Assembly: GCA_965279375.1 (NCBI GenBank)
Contig: OZ257156.1
Span: forward strand, 608,001-672,000
Origin: Gemmatimonas sp.
Lineage (GTDB): Bacteria > Gemmatimonadota > Gemmatimonadetes > Gemmatimonadales > Gemmatimonadaceae
Length of the DNA: 64,000 nucleotides
Direction of reading: 5' to 3'
Shown here: in pieces, positions 41,084 through 53,548 of the stretch
Numbering within the stretch: position 1 is the stretch's first letter
Layout of the letters: each line of letters opens with the position of its first letter
Program-made: the position numbers and the translations under genes
Notes under the pieces: generated by a model
What the model saw: the letters and a program-made list of their open reading frames with translations, nothing else
Told to the model about the DNA's origin: nothing
The model's database searches: none

Positions 41084-41755
41084 GTGACGGACGCTGCGCC
41101 AACCGGCGCGCACATTCTGGTGGTCGCGGCAACCGCTCGGGAAATCGCGCCGGCGGCCGGATGGCGCACGCTGCTTTGCGGCGTCGGCCCGGTCGACGCT
41201 GCCGCGGCGACGGCGGCGGAAATCGCAGCGCATCGCCCCGCCGCGATCCTGCACGTGGGCATCGCTGGCGCGCGGCAGTCCAGTGCGCTCTCGCCCGGTA
41301 CCCTCGTGGTGGGCACCGAGTCGCACTATTGCGACTTGGGCGTCCCCGAACAGTTTGCGCCGCGCGTGGTCGCCCCGAGCGCGCTACTGCTGGAGGCGGT
41401 GTTGCGCGCGCTGCCTGGCGCGCCGGCGCTCTCCATTGGCACGACAGCACACGTTGGCGGCAGTCTTCGCAGCGGTCGCGCGGCGACCGCGAGTCATGAC
41501 GGCACGCGCGACTGCGACGTGGAAGCCATGGAAGGGTTCGCTGTCCTGCGCGCCGCGCAGCTGGCTGGTGTTCCGGCGATCGAAGTGCGCGCGATCAGCA
41601 ACGAGATCGAAGAGAAGGATCGAGCGCGCTGGCATTTCGACGCCGCGTTTCGCGCGATCCGACTGGTCACGCCGATGCTCGTGCAGACGATTCATCTCGC
41701 GCTGGCGGATGCACCACCGTCGGGTGCGACGCAGACGGACAGATCACATGCGTGA
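41084..41755 (+). CDS. mqnB: Futalosine hydrolase
   Basis: ILVVAATARE, GVGPVDAA, GIAG, EAMEGFAV, EVRAISN; overlaps mqnD. Confidence 0.8.
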   Translation: MTDAAPTGAHILVVAATAREIAPAAGWRTLLCGVGPVDAAAATAAEIAAHRPAAILHVGIAGARQSSALSPGTLVVGTESHYCDLGVPEQFAPRVVAPSALLLEAVLRALPGAPALSIGTTAHVGGSLRSGRAATASHDGTRDCDVEAMEGFAVLRAAQLAGVPAIEVRAISNEIEEKDRARWHFDAAFRAIRLVTPMLVQTIHLALADAPPSGATQTDRSHA

Positions 41756-42530
41756 GCTGACCTTCGGCTACTCGCCCTGCCCCAACGACACGTTCGCGTT
41801 TCACGCGCTCACGCACGGGCTGGTCGATGTGCCTTTTCGCATCACGCCGGTGCTGCTCGATATCGAAGAACTGAATCGGCGTGCGCATACCGGCGCGTTC
41901 GATCTCACCAAGCTGAGCGTGGGCGCATTCGCTGCCGTCGGCGATCGCTATCGCATGCTGCGCAGCGGTGCCGCGTTAGGCATGGGCGTCGGTCCGCTCG
42001 TGGTCACGCGCACGCCTGCGACCTTGGCCGACGCGACACGCGGTCGGATTGCGATTCCCGGTCGCGAGACCACCGCGTATCGGCTGCTGCGACTGGCCGC
42101 GCCGTCGCTCGGTGAGGTGATCGAAATGCGCTACGATCGCATCCTGCGCGCGGTGGAATCGGGCGAGGTGGACGCGGGGCTGATCATCCACGAGAGCCGG
42201 TTCACATACGCCGAGCATGGGCTGCACAAGGCAGTGGACCTGGGTGACTGGTGGGAGCGTGAGACGGGGCTGCCCGTGCCGTTGGCCGGCATTTGTGGGC
42301 GCGCTGATCTTGGTGCCGAGCTACTCGCGGCCGCGGAAGTCGCTATCCGCGCCAGCGTGCAGTACGCGTTCGACAATCCCGCGGCGAGCCGCGAGTATGT
42401 GCAGGCGCACGCGCAGGAGATGTCCCCCGAAGTGCAGGCCCAGCACATCGCGCTGTACGTGAACGCACACAGCCTCGATGTGGGTGACGATGGATTGCGC
42501 GCGATCGAGCGATTGGTCGCAGCGCAGTAG
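41748..42530 (+). CDS. mqnD: 1,4-dihydroxy-6-naphthoate synthase
   Basis: GYSPCPNDTF, DIEELN, GLIIHESRFTY, DLGDWW, HIALYVN. Confidence 0.93.
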   Translation: MRELTFGYSPCPNDTFAFHALTHGLVDVPFRITPVLLDIEELNRRAHTGAFDLTKLSVGAFAAVGDRYRMLRSGAALGMGVGPLVVTRTPATLADATRGRIAIPGRETTAYRLLRLAAPSLGEVIEMRYDRILRAVESGEVDAGLIIHESRFTYAEHGLHKAVDLGDWWERETGLPVPLAGICGRADLGAELLAAAEVAIRASVQYAFDNPAASREYVQAHAQEMSPEVQAQHIALYVNAHSLDVGDDGLRAIERLVAAQ

Positions 42531-42588
42531 GAGTGCCGTAGCGGTTCCGTAGCGGCAATCGACAGTTACCCTCTGACTCGACATCGCC

Positions 42589-42972
42589 ATGCCGAGATTG
42601 ATCGATCAGGACATGGTTCGTGAGATTGCGCTCTCCCTGCCGGGCGCCGAGGAATCGCCGGACTACTTCGCCTTTCACGTGATGGTGAAGGACAAGGGGA
42701 AGGGATTTCTCTGGACGTGGCGCGAGCGTGTCGATCCCAAGAAGCCCCGCGTACCCAACCCGCGGGTCATCGCGGCCCGCACGCGAAACGTGGCCGAGCG
42801 TGACCTGATGATCGAGTCAGATCCGCGTGTGTTCTTCACCGAGCCGCACTACAACGGGTATCCCGCCGTGCTGCTGCGGCTGGATGCCGTGTCACGAGAG
42901 ACGCTGGAGATCGTCATCACTGAGGCGTGGCGGTGTGTGGCGCCGCGTGAGCTGACATCGCTGGTTGACTAG
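42589..42972 (+). CDS. MmcQ/YjbR-family protein
   Basis: IALSLPGAEE, FFTEPHYNGYPAVLLRL, TEAW. Confidence 0.8.
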   Translation: MPRLIDQDMVREIALSLPGAEESPDYFAFHVMVKDKGKGFLWTWRERVDPKKPRVPNPRVIAARTRNVAERDLMIESDPRVFFTEPHYNGYPAVLLRLDAVSRETLEIVITEAWRCVAPRELTSLVD

Positions 42973-42982
42973 CGGGCTTGGG

Positions 42983-43064
42983 CGCGGCCGAGGGTCGTCC
43001 AGTCGCCGTTTACTGCGCGTCGCTTCGCTCGCGCAGAGACGGCTTTGGACGACCCTCGGCCGCG
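42983..43064 (-). repeat. REP-like palindromic element, copy 1 (inverted orientation)
   Basis: 19-bp perfect inverted repeat CGCGGCCGAGGGTCGTCCA...TGGACGACCCTCGGCCGCG; interior homologous to copies 2 and 3 on the opposite strand. Confidence 0.85.
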
Positions 43065-43118
43065 TGGCGGCGGCGCGACTTCATTCAACGGCATTTAAAG
43101 ACGCGGCACACTGATTCT

Positions 43119-43379
43119 ATGACCAAACCCATCGACGAAATGAACGCCGACGAGCTCACCGCGCACGAGAAGGCGCTGCGCACGACGCTCGGCGTGGCCT
43201 TCGGTATGGACGCCGTGTTCGTCGCGGCGCTCGCGTTCATGACCTACCGCGGCGGCTTGAGCCTCGCCGCGCTCCTCGCCTTCATTCCCATCCTGCTCGC
43301 CAACGTGACCATGATCCGATCGTTCCGCGGGCTGCAGCAAATCCACAAACGACGCGACGCGCTGTCGGCGAAGCGCTAA
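43119..43379 (+). CDS. Small two-TM membrane protein
   Basis: MTKPIDEM... 86 aa with two hydrophobic segments; lies between repeat copies 1 and 2. Confidence 0.65.
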   Translation: MTKPIDEMNADELTAHEKALRTTLGVAFGMDAVFVAALAFMTYRGGLSLAALLAFIPILLANVTMIRSFRGLQQIHKRRDALSAKR

Positions 43380-43422
43380 CGCTCAACCGCAGCCGTCGGC
43401 GCCACGCGTAGGCCCAGGCCGC

Positions 43423-43495
43423 AACGCCGAAGGGTCGTCCAAAGCCGCTTCTGCGCGAAGCGCAGTTGGCGGCGACTGGACGACCCTTTGGCGTT
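43423..43495 (+). repeat. REP-like palindromic element, copy 2
   Basis: 57-bp core 43431-43487 identical to 45251-45307. Confidence 0.88.
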
Positions 43496-43534
43496 ACGAC
43501 CCCGCTTTTAACGTAGGCGACTCGCCCAGGTCGC

Positions 43535-45055
43535 TTACCGGGCCGTGGGCATGATGAAATCGGCGCCGGCGCGCGTGGTTTCCGGCCAGCGCTGCATGAT
43601 GGACTTCTGGCGCGTGTAGAAGTGCACGCCTTCCTCGCCGTACACATGCGTGTCGCCAAAGAGGCTGCGCTTCCATCCGCCGAAGCCGTGCCATGCCATT
43701 GGCACGGGAATCGGCACGTTGATGCCCACCATACCGACCTCGATGCGGCGGGCAAACTCTCGCGCCGTGTGGCCATCGCGCGTGTAGCAGGCAACGCCGT
43801 TGCCGAATTCGTGTGCGTTGATCAGCGCGATCGCGCTAGCGACATCGGGCACGCGGACGCAGCACAGCACGGGGCCAAAGATCTCCTCGCGATAGATGCG
43901 CATGGCAGGCGTCACGTGATCGAACAGCGTGCCGCCGGTGAAGAAACCGTCCGGTCGATCGGACGGGCGCACACCGCGGCCGTCCACGACGAGCGTCGCG
44001 CCTTCTGCTGCACCAAGTTCGACATAGCCCTCGATACGGGCGAGCGCATCGCGTGTGATGACGGGCCCCATGTCGACATCGTCGCGCATGCCGTCGCCGA
44101 TGCGCAGCGCTTTCACTCGCGCGGTTAGCCGTTCGATGACTTCGTCGGCAATGTCGTCGACCAGCACCGCCACGCTGATCGCCATGCAGCGCTCGCCCGC
44201 GGACCCGTAGGCGGCACCAATGAGTCCGTCCACCGCCTGCGCGAGGTCCGCGTCCGGACAGACCACGAGATGATTCTTGGCCCCGCCCAGCGCCTGCACA
44301 CGCTTCCCCTGCTGCGCGGCGCTCTGGTAGATGTGACGCGCAATTGGCGTGGAGCCGACGAAGCTCACCGCGCGAACATCCTCGTGCGCGAGCAGGGCGT
44401 CCACCACCACGCGGTCGCCCTGCACCACATTGAACACGCCGTCCGGCAGACCGGCCTCGGTAAGCAACCGCGCCATCAGCAGCGACGCGCTCGGGTCGCG
44501 CTCACTGGGCTTGAGCACGAACGCATTACCGCACGCGAGAGCAATGGGAAACATCCACATCGGGACCATCGCCGGAAAGTTGAACGGCGTGATGCCCGCC
44601 ACGACGCCGAGCGGTTGCCGCAGCGTCCAGTTGTCGATGCCGGTGGACGCCTGATCGGAGAAGGCGCCGCGCAGGAGCTGAGGAATGCCGGTGGCGTACT
44701 CCACGATCTCGATGCCGCGCGTCACCTCACCCTGGGCGTCCGAGAACACCTTGCCATGCTCGGCGGTGATCACGGCGGCGATCGCATCCCGATGCTCATT
44801 GAGCAGCGCGAGATAGTTGGTCAGGACGCGCGCTCGCCGAATGGGCGCCGTATCGGCCCATGCGCGCTGCGCGTCCGCGGCCGACGCGACGGCAGCCTGC
44901 ACGTCGGCAGCGGAGCCCCGCACAACCTCACGAGCGACCTGCCCGGTGGCCGGATTGTAGACCGGACTGCGAGCAGTCCCGACTCCGGTCGTGACGCGGC
45001 CGTTGAGGTAATGCCCGACGAGGGCAGAATCGACGAATGCTTGGGCGCCAGGCAT
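43535..45055 (-). CDS. mmsA: CoA-acylating methylmalonate-semialdehyde dehydrogenase
   Basis: [59 protein letters not shown]. Confidence 0.92.
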   Translation of the reverse strand: MPGAQAFVDSALVGHYLNGRVTTGVGTARSPVYNPATGQVAREVVRGSAADVQAAVASAADAQRAWADTAPIRRARVLTNYLALLNEHRDAIAAVITAEHGKVFSDAQGEVTRGIEIVEYATGIPQLLRGAFSDQASTGIDNWTLRQPLGVVAGITPFNFPAMVPMWMFPIALACGNAFVLKPSERDPSASLLMARLLTEAGLPDGVFNVVQGDRVVVDALLAHEDVRAVSFVGSTPIARHIYQSAAQQGKRVQALGGAKNHLVVCPDADLAQAVDGLIGAAYGSAGERCMAISVAVLVDDIADEVIERLTARVKALRIGDGMRDDVDMGPVITRDALARIEGYVELGAAEGATLVVDGRGVRPSDRPDGFFTGGTLFDHVTPAMRIYREEIFGPVLCCVRVPDVASAIALINAHEFGNGVACYTRDGHTAREFARRIEVGMVGINVPIPVPMAWHGFGGWKRSLFGDTHVYGEEGVHFYTRQKSIMQRWPETTRAGADFIMPTAR

Positions 45056-45245
45056 GGGCGCACTCCGAAATGGCGGGAGGGGCACCCCGGACTTCACGCA
45101 GTTCAGCGGAGCCGTGGTGGGTTGGATTTCAGGTGAGCGTTGATCTTACGGCCTCGAACCGTTCGGAGGCGAGAGCGGACGTGGGGCGAGGGCGAAGCGG
45201 CGGCGATGCGTGGAAGAGAGTCGCGCAGCCCCGCCCAGCCGCAAC

Positions 45246-45312
45246 GCACGAGGGTCGTCCAAAGCCGCTTCTGCGCGAAGCGCAGTTGGCGGCGACTGGA
45301 CGACCCTCGTGC
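45246..45312 (+). repeat. REP-like palindromic element, copy 3
   Basis: GCACGAGGGTCGTCCA...TGGACGACCCTCGTGC, downstream of ettA. Confidence 0.88.
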
Positions 45313-45350
45313 CGGCGCGGCTCCGCGCCGATCTATCCGAAGACTGACAA

Positions 45351-47027
<1,677 letters not shown>

Positions 47028-47168
47028 ACGGGAGCAGGGGCAGAGGATACCAGAACGGGAGCCAGCTGCCAGAATCTAGTCGCTCGGGCTGGTTTGTTGC
47101 GGGACGTCGGTGCCTCCGCCCGCGCCGCGACCATGGCTGGACGTGGTCGATGTGCCGTCCTCGACCGC

Positions 47169-48707
47169 TCACGGTGTGGCTGGCCCGGCTCCCATCACTG
47201 TTGCCCGCTCCAACTGCCACCCCTTTGTGCCGTCTCGGTACATCAGGAACACGACGCCGTTGTGCCCGAAGCCGGCGATAGAGCGCCCGACAGGGAGTCT
47301 CACGCGATACGACAGTTCGCCGCGGTTGTTGACCACGTCGTACACCAGCTCACCGGCCTTCGACTGCGCTGAGGTGGTGGGGACGATCCACAGCTGTCCA
47401 TCGAGGTCGGCGCGCGCCGCGCCGGCACGAATGGCCGGGTAGTAGTCCGCGATTTCTTTCAGCGCGACATACTCCACCGAGATGCTCCCGAGCCCTCCGG
47501 GAGGGCCGCCGGGACCGGCACCTGGAGGCCCGCCGCCGAAACCACCCGGTGGACCACCGCCCGGTGGACCGCCGCCCGGAGGACCGCCACCGAAGCCACC
47601 ACCACCGCCCGGCGGCCCACCTCCAAACCCGCCGCCACCCGGCGGGCCGCCACCGAAACCGCCACCCATGGACGCCATTGCGCTCGCGATGGTCGCTTCC
47701 TGCGCCGCAGCGGCCGCCGCGGCCGGATTCGTCGCGGAGGCCTTCGCATCGGCGACGGCCTTGTCCTGCACGGCACGCGCCGAATCGATCAGGGCCTGCT
47801 TGTCTTCGTCCGTCAGTCGCTTCCAGTCGAAGGGCAACTTGGCGGCAGCATACGTCTTGCCATCAGGCTGCGTCACGTCGATGTGATAGTCGTGTCCACG
47901 CACCAAAGCGATGGTGCCGTCGGACAGCACGGCCCATTCGTCCACGGTGTTGATTGGATTGACGATGAGCTTCAGCTGCATCTTGCCATTCGCGTCCAAC
48001 GACATGTTCGGGCGATTGCCGCTCTGCACTTTCAGCTTGCCGATCGTGTCGACGATGCGCGTGTCGAAGTTGGCGCGTAGCAACGGCGCCGAATCCGGCA
48101 CCTGTACTGTCGGCGGCGCCTGGCCAGGCGCAGCGGTCGGCGAAGAGTTCGCCGCGCTTCCCGCTCGGACGGCCACCTGGAGTCCGCCTCGATAAATCAG
48201 ATTGCCCTTGGCATCGACGCCGCTGGCACCTCCAGCGAGGTTGCGCAAATCGTTGGGGCGAGGAGCCGACATCACGTGCGCGATCTTCCCCGTGGGATCG
48301 ATGACGAGCAGCGACAGCGACGTCCCATCGACGAAGAGCGACGAATCGGCAAGATACGGAATGAGCGGTTGTGCACGTGGACCATACCCCTGACCGCCGA
48401 CGGCGACGGAATCCACAACGACCGTCGGATTGCCCAGCGTGTTGTCCAGCACCACCAGCTGTCGGCGCACACCGTCGTTCACCAGTACTCCACCACCGGC
48501 CAGCTGCCGTACGCCGAAGATGTTGCCGAAATACGTGGAGCTCTTGGCGTCGATCGGCGCCAACTCGCGAATGGGCACGGCGCGCTGCGCCGCTGCGGCC
48601 GGTGCGATGATCAGCGGGCAGCCGAGGGCGACAAGAACACCGGCGGTCGCGCGAGAGATCGGTGCGCAAACCGCCGCTTGGAGCGAGAACCAAATGGGTC
48701 GAGTCAT
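47169..48707 (-). CDS. Exported hypothetical protein (beta-propeller-like) with GGPPG low-complexity insert
   Basis: Signal-like N-terminus; beta-strand repeats (LVVLD, LLVID, LWIV, VYDVVN); Gly/Pro tract. Confidence 0.7.
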   Translation of the reverse strand: MTRPIWFSLQAAVCAPISRATAGVLVALGCPLIIAPAAAAQRAVPIRELAPIDAKSSTYFGNIFGVRQLAGGGVLVNDGVRRQLVVLDNTLGNPTVVVDSVAVGGQGYGPRAQPLIPYLADSSLFVDGTSLSLLVIDPTGKIAHVMSAPRPNDLRNLAGGASGVDAKGNLIYRGGLQVAVRAGSAANSSPTAAPGQAPPTVQVPDSAPLLRANFDTRIVDTIGKLKVQSGNRPNMSLDANGKMQLKLIVNPINTVDEWAVLSDGTIALVRGHDYHIDVTQPDGKTYAAAKLPFDWKRLTDEDKQALIDSARAVQDKAVADAKASATNPAAAAAAAQEATIASAMASMGGGFGGGPPGGGGFGGGPPGGGGGFGGGPPGGGPPGGGPPGGFGGGPPGAGPGGPPGGLGSISVEYVALKEIADYYPAIRAGAARADLDGQLWIVPTTSAQSKAGELVYDVVNNRGELSYRVRLPVGRSIAGFGHNGVVFLMYRDGTKGWQLERATVMGAGPATP

Positions 48708-48777
48708 GACCGATTGACTGAGAGTGATGTGCAACTGGCGTTTCGACGAGCGTGCAGCAACCGCGCCTCCGGCAGTG

Positions 48778-51700
48778 CTATCGGATGAAGAACGCGCCGC
48801 CATCACCCGAGCTCGAGGAGCGCAGGAACTTGAGCACGCGCTCATCGAGATAGTTGGTGAGTTGCAGCGGCAGCTTTCGCTTTTGCGACGCGCTCAACAG
48901 GCGTTTGACGTGTGGAACGAGCGTGATCAGGTAGTCCACGGTCTCTTCGCGCGCGGCGACATAAGCGCCGTACGCCGCCGTGCGATCGTAGTTCGTCGGC
49001 AACGACTCCAGCTGCGCCGAAACTGGCGACCAGAGCGCATCGGCCCGCTGCGTGAACAAGCGGCTCAGCGCCGAGATGCTGTCGGCCTGCAGGCGCGTGA
49101 GCTTGAGCGAATCGGGCTGCTGCAGGATCAGCGCCATCGGATTCGGGATCGTGCTGCTGCCCAGCGCCTTGAGCGATGACGCGTTGAGCTTCGCGCCGTC
49201 TCTCCCTCGTCCTTGATCGAGGCGCTGCGTCAGCACCTGACGTTCACGCGGCGTGCCCACGTCCAGTTGCACACGCAAACTGATCAGCGGGATCTGTCGA
49301 TTCGTGGATTGCGTCGGCCGCGTGCTGCCGAAGCGCTGGTTCACCTCGTACTTGTACTGACGCGTCGCGGGATCGAACCCGCGCACCAGCAGCAGACTCG
49401 CGTCGGGAGCGATTGTCTGTCCCCAGCCGCGGATGTTCTGGCCGTTCACGAGCAAGTCCGCCAACCCGAGGGGATTGTTCACCGTGAAGTTCACGCTCGC
49501 GCGCTTCGGTAGCCGGATCTTCTGCGGATTGAAAGCGAAACTCAGACTGCTGGACGCCGTCCACGGCGACTCGCAACTGCCACGCGACGCCAGCGTCCCC
49601 AACTGACTGCGCAGGCATTTGCGGGCGGAGGCGTCACCGCTCGACAGCAGCGTGCTCATGGCCGAGCCAAGCGCGGCCTCCGAAACGGTGGCCGGATTGA
49701 ACACGAACGCCCGATCGTTGCTGCTGCTGCCATCGCCATTCACGTCGCCCGCAATCGACGGCGTGTATCTCGCGCCGGATTGAAAGGAGATGTTCCACGT
49801 CACGTAGACGACATCGAACACCGGAATGCTGCTGAAACCGACACCGACAGTGTGCCGACCCTGCTGCAGCCCTCGGCCCCATGCCTTTTCGAATGGATCG
49901 CCGACGGTGCTGCTGAAGCCGCGATACTGCTCACTCACCGCCAGCAGCTGATACGACACGTTCCACTTGAGCTTGGGATTCGCCGTCACCGGCTTGAGCG
50001 ACACGAACAGCTGCTTCGTGTCCGAGCGGAGATCGGAGCGCTGCTCAGAGACGCGGAGAAAATCGAGTGTGCGTCGCGTGTCGCCGAGTGCGACGGTGCC
50101 AGTGCGTTCGTCGATGGCGGCGACGTTCGCAAAGACGGGCCGACCACCTTCATTGCTGAGTGTGAATCGCTGAATGTTGGAGAAATTGAGATCGACGGCG
50201 TCTTGCTGACCGAGGTTGAGTGAGAACGTTCCCGAGAGGCCCAGCGCGAAGCGATTGTCGAGCACGGGTCCACTCCAACTCAGACTGCTGCGCCACGATT
50301 TGGACTGCGCGTAATCCTGCGCGAAGAGCGTGACATTCGGCGTCGCATTCGAGAACTGCGTCCCTTGCGTGCCATCGGCGCACGCGCTCGGTATCGACGC
50401 CGGGTTCGTCGCGTAGTCGCTCCAGCGCGGGCTCGGCGATGCCGGCCCATTGCACGAGATCTGTTGCGTGGAGCTTGATAGTCCCGTGCTGTTCACCGCT
50501 CCGGAAATGAGATCGGCGCCGCGCACGTTCTGAAACAGGCCGAGTCCACCCTGAACGACCGCACGCGGCGGTCGCGCGGCGCCGGGCACAAAGTCAATCT
50601 GATTCTGCTTCCCGTAGAACCAGCTGAAGCCCACGCGAGGACTCACAACGAGCCCGTTGGGCACGACGTCGTTCCGCGCACCCAGGCGTTGCTCCAGCAG
50701 CGGGTTTCGATCCGGCGCTGTCAGGAATCGGTTGCCATCAACTCGCGCGCCGAACTGCACCTGCACGTCGGTTGAGGGACGCCACGAATCGCCGAGCGAA
50801 ACGGCACCCGTGAGTTGATTGCCGATGCGTCGCGGTGACGACAGTGTGCGCGTGAACGATGCCGGCTGACCCGCGGCCAGATCAGCGAGGGAGTTGTAGG
50901 CGAAGGAGCCGTACAGATTGGTGCTCTGTTCCGCCGAGCTTTGTTCGGTACGCAACGTCGACGTCAACTTCAGCGCGTGCCGATTGTTTCCGGAGTACCA
51001 GCGCAACTCGTTCGAGAGCTCACCGTTGGTGGTGCGCGAGTTGAGCAGCGACGGATTCCCGCCGAAGGACAACGTACGCACCGCCGCTGAGCCATCGTCC
51101 AATAGCGAGTTGATGCGCACCGTGCCACTCGGGACCCGCAGGTACGGAGCATTCTCCTGTCCCGCCAGGCTGACTCCAATGTTCGTTGTCGACAGAAAAC
51201 TCGACCAGATGTAGGCGCTTTGCTTGGCGGTCAGCTGCGCGCTCCAGCTTTGCGATTCGCCGTTGTGCGCTGGGACGCTGAGGATCGCTGAATTCGTGCC
51301 TACGCCAATACCGCCCACAGCACCGATGGGACCGCCGCCACCGAGCGGAATGTTTCCAAAGCCGCTGTTTCCGCCGATGACCTGTCTGTTTTTGGTGTAG
51401 TTGCCGACGTACCCGAGCGTGAATCCGTTGCCCGTGCCGTTGGCATTCGGCGTGATGTCAAAGTTGCCTTGCGCGAGATACTGATCGGTGATCTGCTGCG
51501 ACGGCGCGCTGGCGATCGAAACCGGAATCTTCAGGCCGCCCAGGATATCGAGCAGTCGCGTGACCGAGTCACGCGCGACGCCGGCCGACGACAAGCCGAG
51601 CGCGCTGGTATTCAGCAGCGACGGCAGATCGTTGAAGCGGCGCGAGACCTGGGCGGACGTGTTGTAGAAATTCCTGTCCATCGTGATCGGCCCACGGCCG

Positions 51701-52545
51701 CCGAAACCCAGCTGGACGTTGGTGTACTTCTTGTTCTGCGCTTGCGCCACATCGTCGGCAAATTGGAGCGTGGGCGAGATGGCGTTCGTGCTGGCTTGAC
51801 GATTCGAAAAATTGGTGCCGGGCTGCGTGGTGACGGAGATGCGTCCGCCGCTGAAGCTTCCGATCGCGGGATCGAACGTTGAGGTCACCACCGTCGCGGT
51901 CACCTGAGCGTCGGAGGGCAACACGCTGACCGCCGAGCCGAGCCCGTTGAACGTGCTGCTGTTCTGATCCGACGAGAGCCCCAGCGCGGAGAAGACGTCG
52001 GCCGCGCCGTCGAGTCCTGGTATGAGTTGGATGCCGGGTAGTCCAGCGGCGAGCACCGCGAGATTTCCCATCTGATCCGGTGACACGCTCTTGTTGTTGA
52101 GCGCCGTCTCATTCCCGCCGACGTTCACGTTGCCGGCGTTGCGGTTGGCCAGCGCGCGCGGACCGTCGGCGCTCACGTTCATCGCGTCCAACGTCGCTAT
52201 GCTCGAGACCAGCTTGGTATCCGCGATCAGGACGTCCTCGTCCGCGATACGCTTGACCTCGAAGCGCTTGCGGACAAAGCCGACCGCGCTGAACTCCAGC
52301 CAATAGTCGCCTTCTCCATTCGGATACGTGATCGAGTAGCGGCCGTTCTTGTCCGAGCGCGTGGTCTTGGCCACGTTGCCCGAGTACCCGGTGGCACGCA
52401 CCATCACGTTCGGCAGCGGCTCGCCGTCTGGACCTGTGATGCGGCCGCGGATGACGTCGAGCGTTTGTGCCGAGGCAACGGACGAAACGAACGCCGCCGC
52501 GCAGATGGCAATGACCTGCAGGACGACACTGCGCGTGAATCGCAT
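48778..52545 (-). CDS. Carboxypeptidase-regulatory-like domain / TonB-dependent-receptor-like outer membrane protein
   Basis: Signal peptide, IRGRITGPDGEPL, NGRYSI, plug-like region, SPRVGFSW, GDVNGDG; helical C-terminal tail. Confidence 0.75.
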   Translation of the reverse strand: MRFTRSVVLQVIAICAAAFVSSVASAQTLDVIRGRITGPDGEPLPNVMVRATGYSGNVAKTTRSDKNGRYSITYPNGEGDYWLEFSAVGFVRKRFEVKRIADEDVLIADTKLVSSIATLDAMNVSADGPRALANRNAGNVNVGGNETALNNKSVSPDQMGNLAVLAAGLPGIQLIPGLDGAADVFSALGLSSDQNSSTFNGLGSAVSVLPSDAQVTATVVTSTFDPAIGSFSGGRISVTTQPGTNFSNRQASTNAISPTLQFADDVAQAQNKKYTNVQLGFGGRGPITMDRNFYNTSAQVSRRFNDLPSLLNTSALGLSSAGVARDSVTRLLDILGGLKIPVSIASAPSQQITDQYLAQGNFDITPNANGTGNGFTLGYVGNYTKNRQVIGGNSGFGNIPLGGGGPIGAVGGIGVGTNSAILSVPAHNGESQSWSAQLTAKQSAYIWSSFLSTTNIGVSLAGQENAPYLRVPSGTVRINSLLDDGSAAVRTLSFGGNPSLLNSRTTNGELSNELRWYSGNNRHALKLTSTLRTEQSSAEQSTNLYGSFAYNSLADLAAGQPASFTRTLSSPRRIGNQLTGAVSLGDSWRPSTDVQVQFGARVDGNRFLTAPDRNPLLEQRLGARNDVVPNGLVVSPRVGFSWFYGKQNQIDFVPGAARPPRAVVQGGLGLFQNVRGADLISGAVNSTGLSSSTQQISCNGPASPSPRWSDYATNPASIPSACADGTQGTQFSNATPNVTLFAQDYAQSKSWRSSLSWSGPVLDNRFALGLSGTFSLNLGQQDAVDLNFSNIQRFTLSNEGGRPVFANVAAIDERTGTVALGDTRRTLDFLRVSEQRSDLRSDTKQLFVSLKPVTANPKLKWNVSYQLLAVSEQYRGFSSTVGDPFEKAWGRGLQQGRHTVGVGFSSIPVFDVVYVTWNISFQSGARYTPSIAGDVNGDGSSSNDRAFVFNPATVSEAALGSAMSTLLSSGDASARKCLRSQLGTLASRGSCESPWTASSSLSFAFNPQKIRLPKRASVNFTVNNPLGLADLLVNGQNIRGWGQTIAPDASLLLVRGFDPATRQYKYEVNQRFGSTRPTQSTNRQIPLISLRVQLDVGTPRERQVLTQRLDQGRGRDGAKLNASSLKALGSSTIPNPMALILQQPDSLKLTRLQADSISALSRLFTQRADALWSPVSAQLESLPTNYDRTAAYGAYVAAREETVDYLITLVPHVKRLLSASQKRKLPLQLTNYLDERVLKFLRSSSSGDGGAFFIR

Positions 52546-52621
52546 TGGGGCGAAGCCGGAGAAAGACTCGGGTGCACCGTCCCGTACTGCGATTGACGAG
52601 TGCGTTCGACGTGTCTTTTAG

Positions 52622-52650
52622 GTACCGCGCCCACTTCACAAACGTTTGGT
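52622..52650 (-). promoter_or_regulatory. Putative ECF promoter, site 1 (ACCAAACGTT-N14-GGTAC)
   Basis: Upstream of and co-oriented with 48778..52545; identical spacing in four copies. Confidence 0.7.
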
Positions 52651-52676
52651 GCGTCTCTGCCGCACCAAGGTGCCGT

Positions 52677-53117
52677 TCAGTTTCGCTGCTGGATTCGTGA
52701 TCGCATGGAATCCAGTCTCGCCCTCTGCGTGGGCGTGAGCACCGAATCGATGGCGCGCTGGTTGCCCTGCATGAGTGAGTCGAGCAGCGGCCGCATCGTT
52801 TGTGCGGCCCGCTGCATCGACTCGAATTGGAGCGACATCAGGCTGTCGACCTGTGTGCGTTGCGTCGGCGAGAGATCAAGCTCGTCCGCCATACGCTCGG
52901 AAATGCGTCGGCGCATCTCGGGCGAGATGGTCGGCGGACCATTGCCCGCCGCAGGAAATGGCGGTGGCATGGGGCCACCGAACCGACGCGGCAGCAGCAC
53001 CGTGCGATCCAGGGCCACGCCGGCGACGGCGCCCACCAGCGCCACGATCAGGAGGACGATCAACGCGGTCCAACGAGGCGAGAGCCCCGCACGAGTACCC
53101 ACCGCCGGATCGCTCAT
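52677..53117 (-). CDS. Spy/CpxP-like periplasmic accessory protein
   Basis: N-terminal TM, ELDLSPTQ and VLTPTQ (LTxxQ motifs). Confidence 0.75.
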   Translation of the reverse strand: MSDPAVGTRAGLSPRWTALIVLLIVALVGAVAGVALDRTVLLPRRFGGPMPPPFPAAGNGPPTISPEMRRRISERMADELDLSPTQRTQVDSLMSLQFESMQRAAQTMRPLLDSLMQGNQRAIDSVLTPTQRARLDSMRSRIQQRN

Positions 53118-53548
53118 CGAGCGTCGCGTGAGTCGCGTGAGGCCACGGTCTGTACGCCCAGCAACATCGCGTCTGCGCTCGCGGGGAGCAGCAGTTGATC
53201 GGCGACTTGCAGGGTGAGCGTCGCATCGGCACCCAAGCCGTACGCCAGCAATGAGCTCGGGTCGTCGCGGACCGGCGAGCCTGGCTGGGCACGCACCAAC
53301 ACAATGCAGAGCACGGCCGCGGCGAGTCCGATCGGCACGGCAAAACGCCCGATCGCGCTCGTCGCATCGAGCCAGGATGTCGCCTGCCGGCGACGCTGCG
53401 CCAACGGAAACGCCGCGGCACCGCGAACACGCGCGCGAAGCGCCTCGACCTCGACCGGCGTGCCGACGCGATGCATCGCACGCAAGCGCGCCGCGATGTC
53501 TACGTCGCGCGCGTCGGCAAGATCGTCCGGCAGTTCATCATCCCTCAT
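53114..53548 (-). CDS. Putative transmembrane anti-sigma factor
   Basis: Single TM; ATGA overlaps with both neighbours; follows ECF sigma. Confidence 0.65.
   Translation of the reverse strand: MRDDELPDDLADARDVDIAARLRAMHRVGTPVEVEALRARVRGAAAFPLAQRRRQATSWLDATSAIGRFAVPIGLAAAVLCIVLVRAQPGSPVRDDPSSLLAYGLGADATLTLQVADQLLLPASADAMLLGVQTVASRDSRDAR

Noticed and set aside
38740..41450. Extended N-termini of the S9 peptidase (to 39045) and amidohydrolase (to 41450)
   Set aside because: Overlap neighbouring genes; signal peptides place starts at 38739 and 40949
42983..45312. Autonomous IS or composite transposon
   Set aside because: No transposase and no target-site duplication seen
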